NCBI GenBank assembly: GCA_963817895.1
Contig: CAWFQB010000014.1
Coordinates: 160,001-224,000, forward strand
DNA: 64,000 nt
From: an uncultured Chthonomonadaceae bacterium
Lineage (GTDB): Bacteria; Armatimonadota; Chthonomonadetes; Chthonomonadales; Chthonomonadaceae
Direction: 5' to 3'
In this document: positions 62,253 through 64,000 of the stretch, one piece after another
Position numbering within the stretch: position 1 is the stretch's first letter
Layout of the letters: each line of letters starts with the position of its first letter
Translations under genes and position numbers: made by a program
Notes under the pieces: generated by a model
Told to the model about the DNA's origin: nothing
The model's database searches: none
What the model saw: only the letters and a program-made list of their open reading frames with translations

Positions 62253-63848
62253 TTGAGCAAGTTCCCACAGGCCATGAATGAATCGGTTTCTCCAATAGCG
62301 TCAGCGTCACAGGAACTCGTTGTGATACTGGATTTCGGCGCGCAGTACACGCAATTGATAGCGCGTCGTATCCGTGAATGGCGCGTTTACTGCGAGATAC
62401 TGCCCTTCAATACGCCTATCGCTGAATTGAGTGCGCGAAACCCACGCGGCATTATTTTTTCGGGCGGGCCTTCCAGTGTGTATGAAGCTGACGCGCCCCA
62501 TGTTGATCCTGAAGTTTATACGCTTGGTGTTCCTATTTTAGGAATCTGTTACGGGCAGCAGCTCATGGCGCATCAGTTGGGCGGCAATGTTCAGCCCGCG
62601 CAAAGCCGGGAATACGGGGATGCGCAGATTACGGTCCAGCAATCGCAGCCTTTATTTGCCAACATCGCGAAGGAGGGGGATACACTGCCCTGCTGGATGA
62701 GCCATGGGGATAAAGTGCTGTCGCCGCCGTCCGGATTTACCATCGCGGCCACAACGGATAGCACGCCTGTCGCCGCCATGATGGACGAGCAGCGGCATCT
62801 GTATGGCGTCCAGTTTCATCCCGAAGTGGGGCATACGCCTTTTGGAGCCGATCTGCTGCGGGCGTTTGTCACGGGGCCATGCGGCTGTCAGGGAACCTGG
62901 ACCCCTGCCAATTTCGTAGAAGATAGTATCTCCCTGATTCGCGCAAATGTGGGCAGTTCCGGCGTGGTTTGCGGCGTTTCCGGGGGCATTGATAGCTGTT
63001 GCGTGGCGGCCCTGATGCACAAAGCCATTGGCGATCAACTGACATGTATTTTTGTGGATCACGGACTGTTACGCAAGGGCGAGGCCGAGCAGGTGCGCGA
63101 TGATTTTGCCGCCGCTTTTGGCATCAATCTGATTTACGCGGATGCGAAAGAGCGTTTTCTCACCCGTCTGGCTGGCGTCTCCGACCCGGAGCAAAAGCGT
63201 AAAATCATCGGTGACGAGTTTGTACGCGTTTTTGAAGAATATGCCGATAATCTAACAAACGTGGAATTTCTCGCGCAGGGAACGCTTTACCCCGATGTGA
63301 TTGAATCAGGCGGCAGCAAACACGCGCAAACCATCAAGACCCATCACAATGTCGGCGGCCTGCCCGAAGATATGGTTTTGAAGGTTATCGAACCCCTCCG
63401 GCTGCTCTTCAAAGACGAAGCCCGCGCCGTTGCTTCCGAACTTGGCCTGCCGGATAGTATCGTCTGGCGGCATCCCTTTCCCGGTCCCGGACTTGCCATA
63501 CGCATCCTCGGTGATGTGACTGCGGAGCGTCTGAACACCCTACAGCAAGCCGACCACATCTTTCTTGAGGAACTTCATACGGCGGGATTGTACCGGGAGT
63601 ACAGTCAGGCGCTTGCGGTGCTGGCGACGATACGCAGCGTGGGCGTAATGGGGGATCAGCGCACGTATGCCCATCCCATCATTTTACGCGCCGTGACAAC
63701 GGACGATTTTATGACGGCGCGGTGGGCGCGAATACCCTACGACGTTCTGGAACGCGTCAGCACGCGCATTGTCAACGAAGTTTCCGGCATCAACCGCGTG
63801 GTATACGACATCAGTTCCAAACCTCCCGCTACCATTGAATGGGAATAA
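62253..63848 (+). CDS. guaA: GMP synthase, glutamine-hydrolysing (alternative start ATG 62274)
   Basis: '[14 protein letters not shown]', 'GICYG', 'QFHPEV', 'SGGIDS', 'IKTHHNVGG', 'KPPATIEWE'. Confidence 0.98.
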   Translation: MSKFPQAMNESVSPIASASQELVVILDFGAQYTQLIARRIREWRVYCEILPFNTPIAELSARNPRGIIFSGGPSSVYEADAPHVDPEVYTLGVPILGICYGQQLMAHQLGGNVQPAQSREYGDAQITVQQSQPLFANIAKEGDTLPCWMSHGDKVLSPPSGFTIAATTDSTPVAAMMDEQRHLYGVQFHPEVGHTPFGADLLRAFVTGPCGCQGTWTPANFVEDSISLIRANVGSSGVVCGVSGGIDSCCVAALMHKAIGDQLTCIFVDHGLLRKGEAEQVRDDFAAAFGINLIYADAKERFLTRLAGVSDPEQKRKIIGDEFVRVFEEYADNLTNVEFLAQGTLYPDVIESGGSKHAQTIKTHHNVGGLPEDMVLKVIEPLRLLFKDEARAVASELGLPDSIVWRHPFPGPGLAIRILGDVTAERLNTLQQADHIFLEELHTAGLYREYSQALAVLATIRSVGVMGDQRTYAHPIILRAVTTDDFMTARWARIPYDVLERVSTRIVNEVSGINRVVYDISSKPPATIEWE

Positions 63849-64000
63849 TCCAACATATTTTTGCCGACATACTTCTGAAAATCGGCAGGAGTGTTCGTAT
63901 AGCAGGCGAGGGCATTGAAGAGGGCAGGGCAGGGGAACGGAACAACACCTGTGGGAAATGTAGAATGGATGGGGGCATGGAGGAGCAACACGAAGAATTG

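Noticed and set aside
1..64000. CRISPR array, prophage, retron or DGR, autonomous IS
   Set aside because: No regularly spaced repeat-spacer array, and no cas, RT, integrase, transposase or phage structural ORFs were recognised.
63849..64000. Integrated element at the guaA 3' end (a known hotspot)
   Set aside because: Only 150 bp are visible, with no integrase or att duplication; it cannot be judged from this window.

Overview
A GC-rich, gene-dense bacterial chromosome segment that is mostly core genome. Housekeeping genes include feoB, kdsB, kdsC, queA, moaA, proS, pilT/U, fabI, selB, dapF, hfq, miaA, guaA, tRNA-Pro(TGG) and tRNA-Ala(GGC). The host is a diderm with Kdo/LPS genes; gene content suggests Armatimonadota (my inference, not tested). 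About 25 genes, including essential ones, are split by single-base frameshifts concentrated at about 13-55 kb. These are most likely uncorrected long-read errors, and they create several false fusions in the ORF track. I see no prophage, CRISPR array, transposase, integrase or reverse transcriptase. Best leads: (1) two copies of an unannotated structured non-coding element (34060-34196 and 44767-44895) with an identical 17-bp palindrome, a 36-bp perfect palindrome of different sequence in each copy, and an identical 15-mer; (2) a four-gene excision-repair cluster (HhH-GPD glycosylase, Fpg/Nei, ATP-dependent ligase, DHH phosphoesterase); (3) an HsdR-N-like nuclease with a degenerate active site fused to an extra C-terminal domain; (4) many small repeats: modular REP/REPIN-like hairpins, a 102-bp MITE with a TTA target duplication, and inverted-repeat elements built from 7-9-nt tandem units, some lying inside coding sequence, including proS. 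All family assignments come from recognising motifs by eye; no searches were run.
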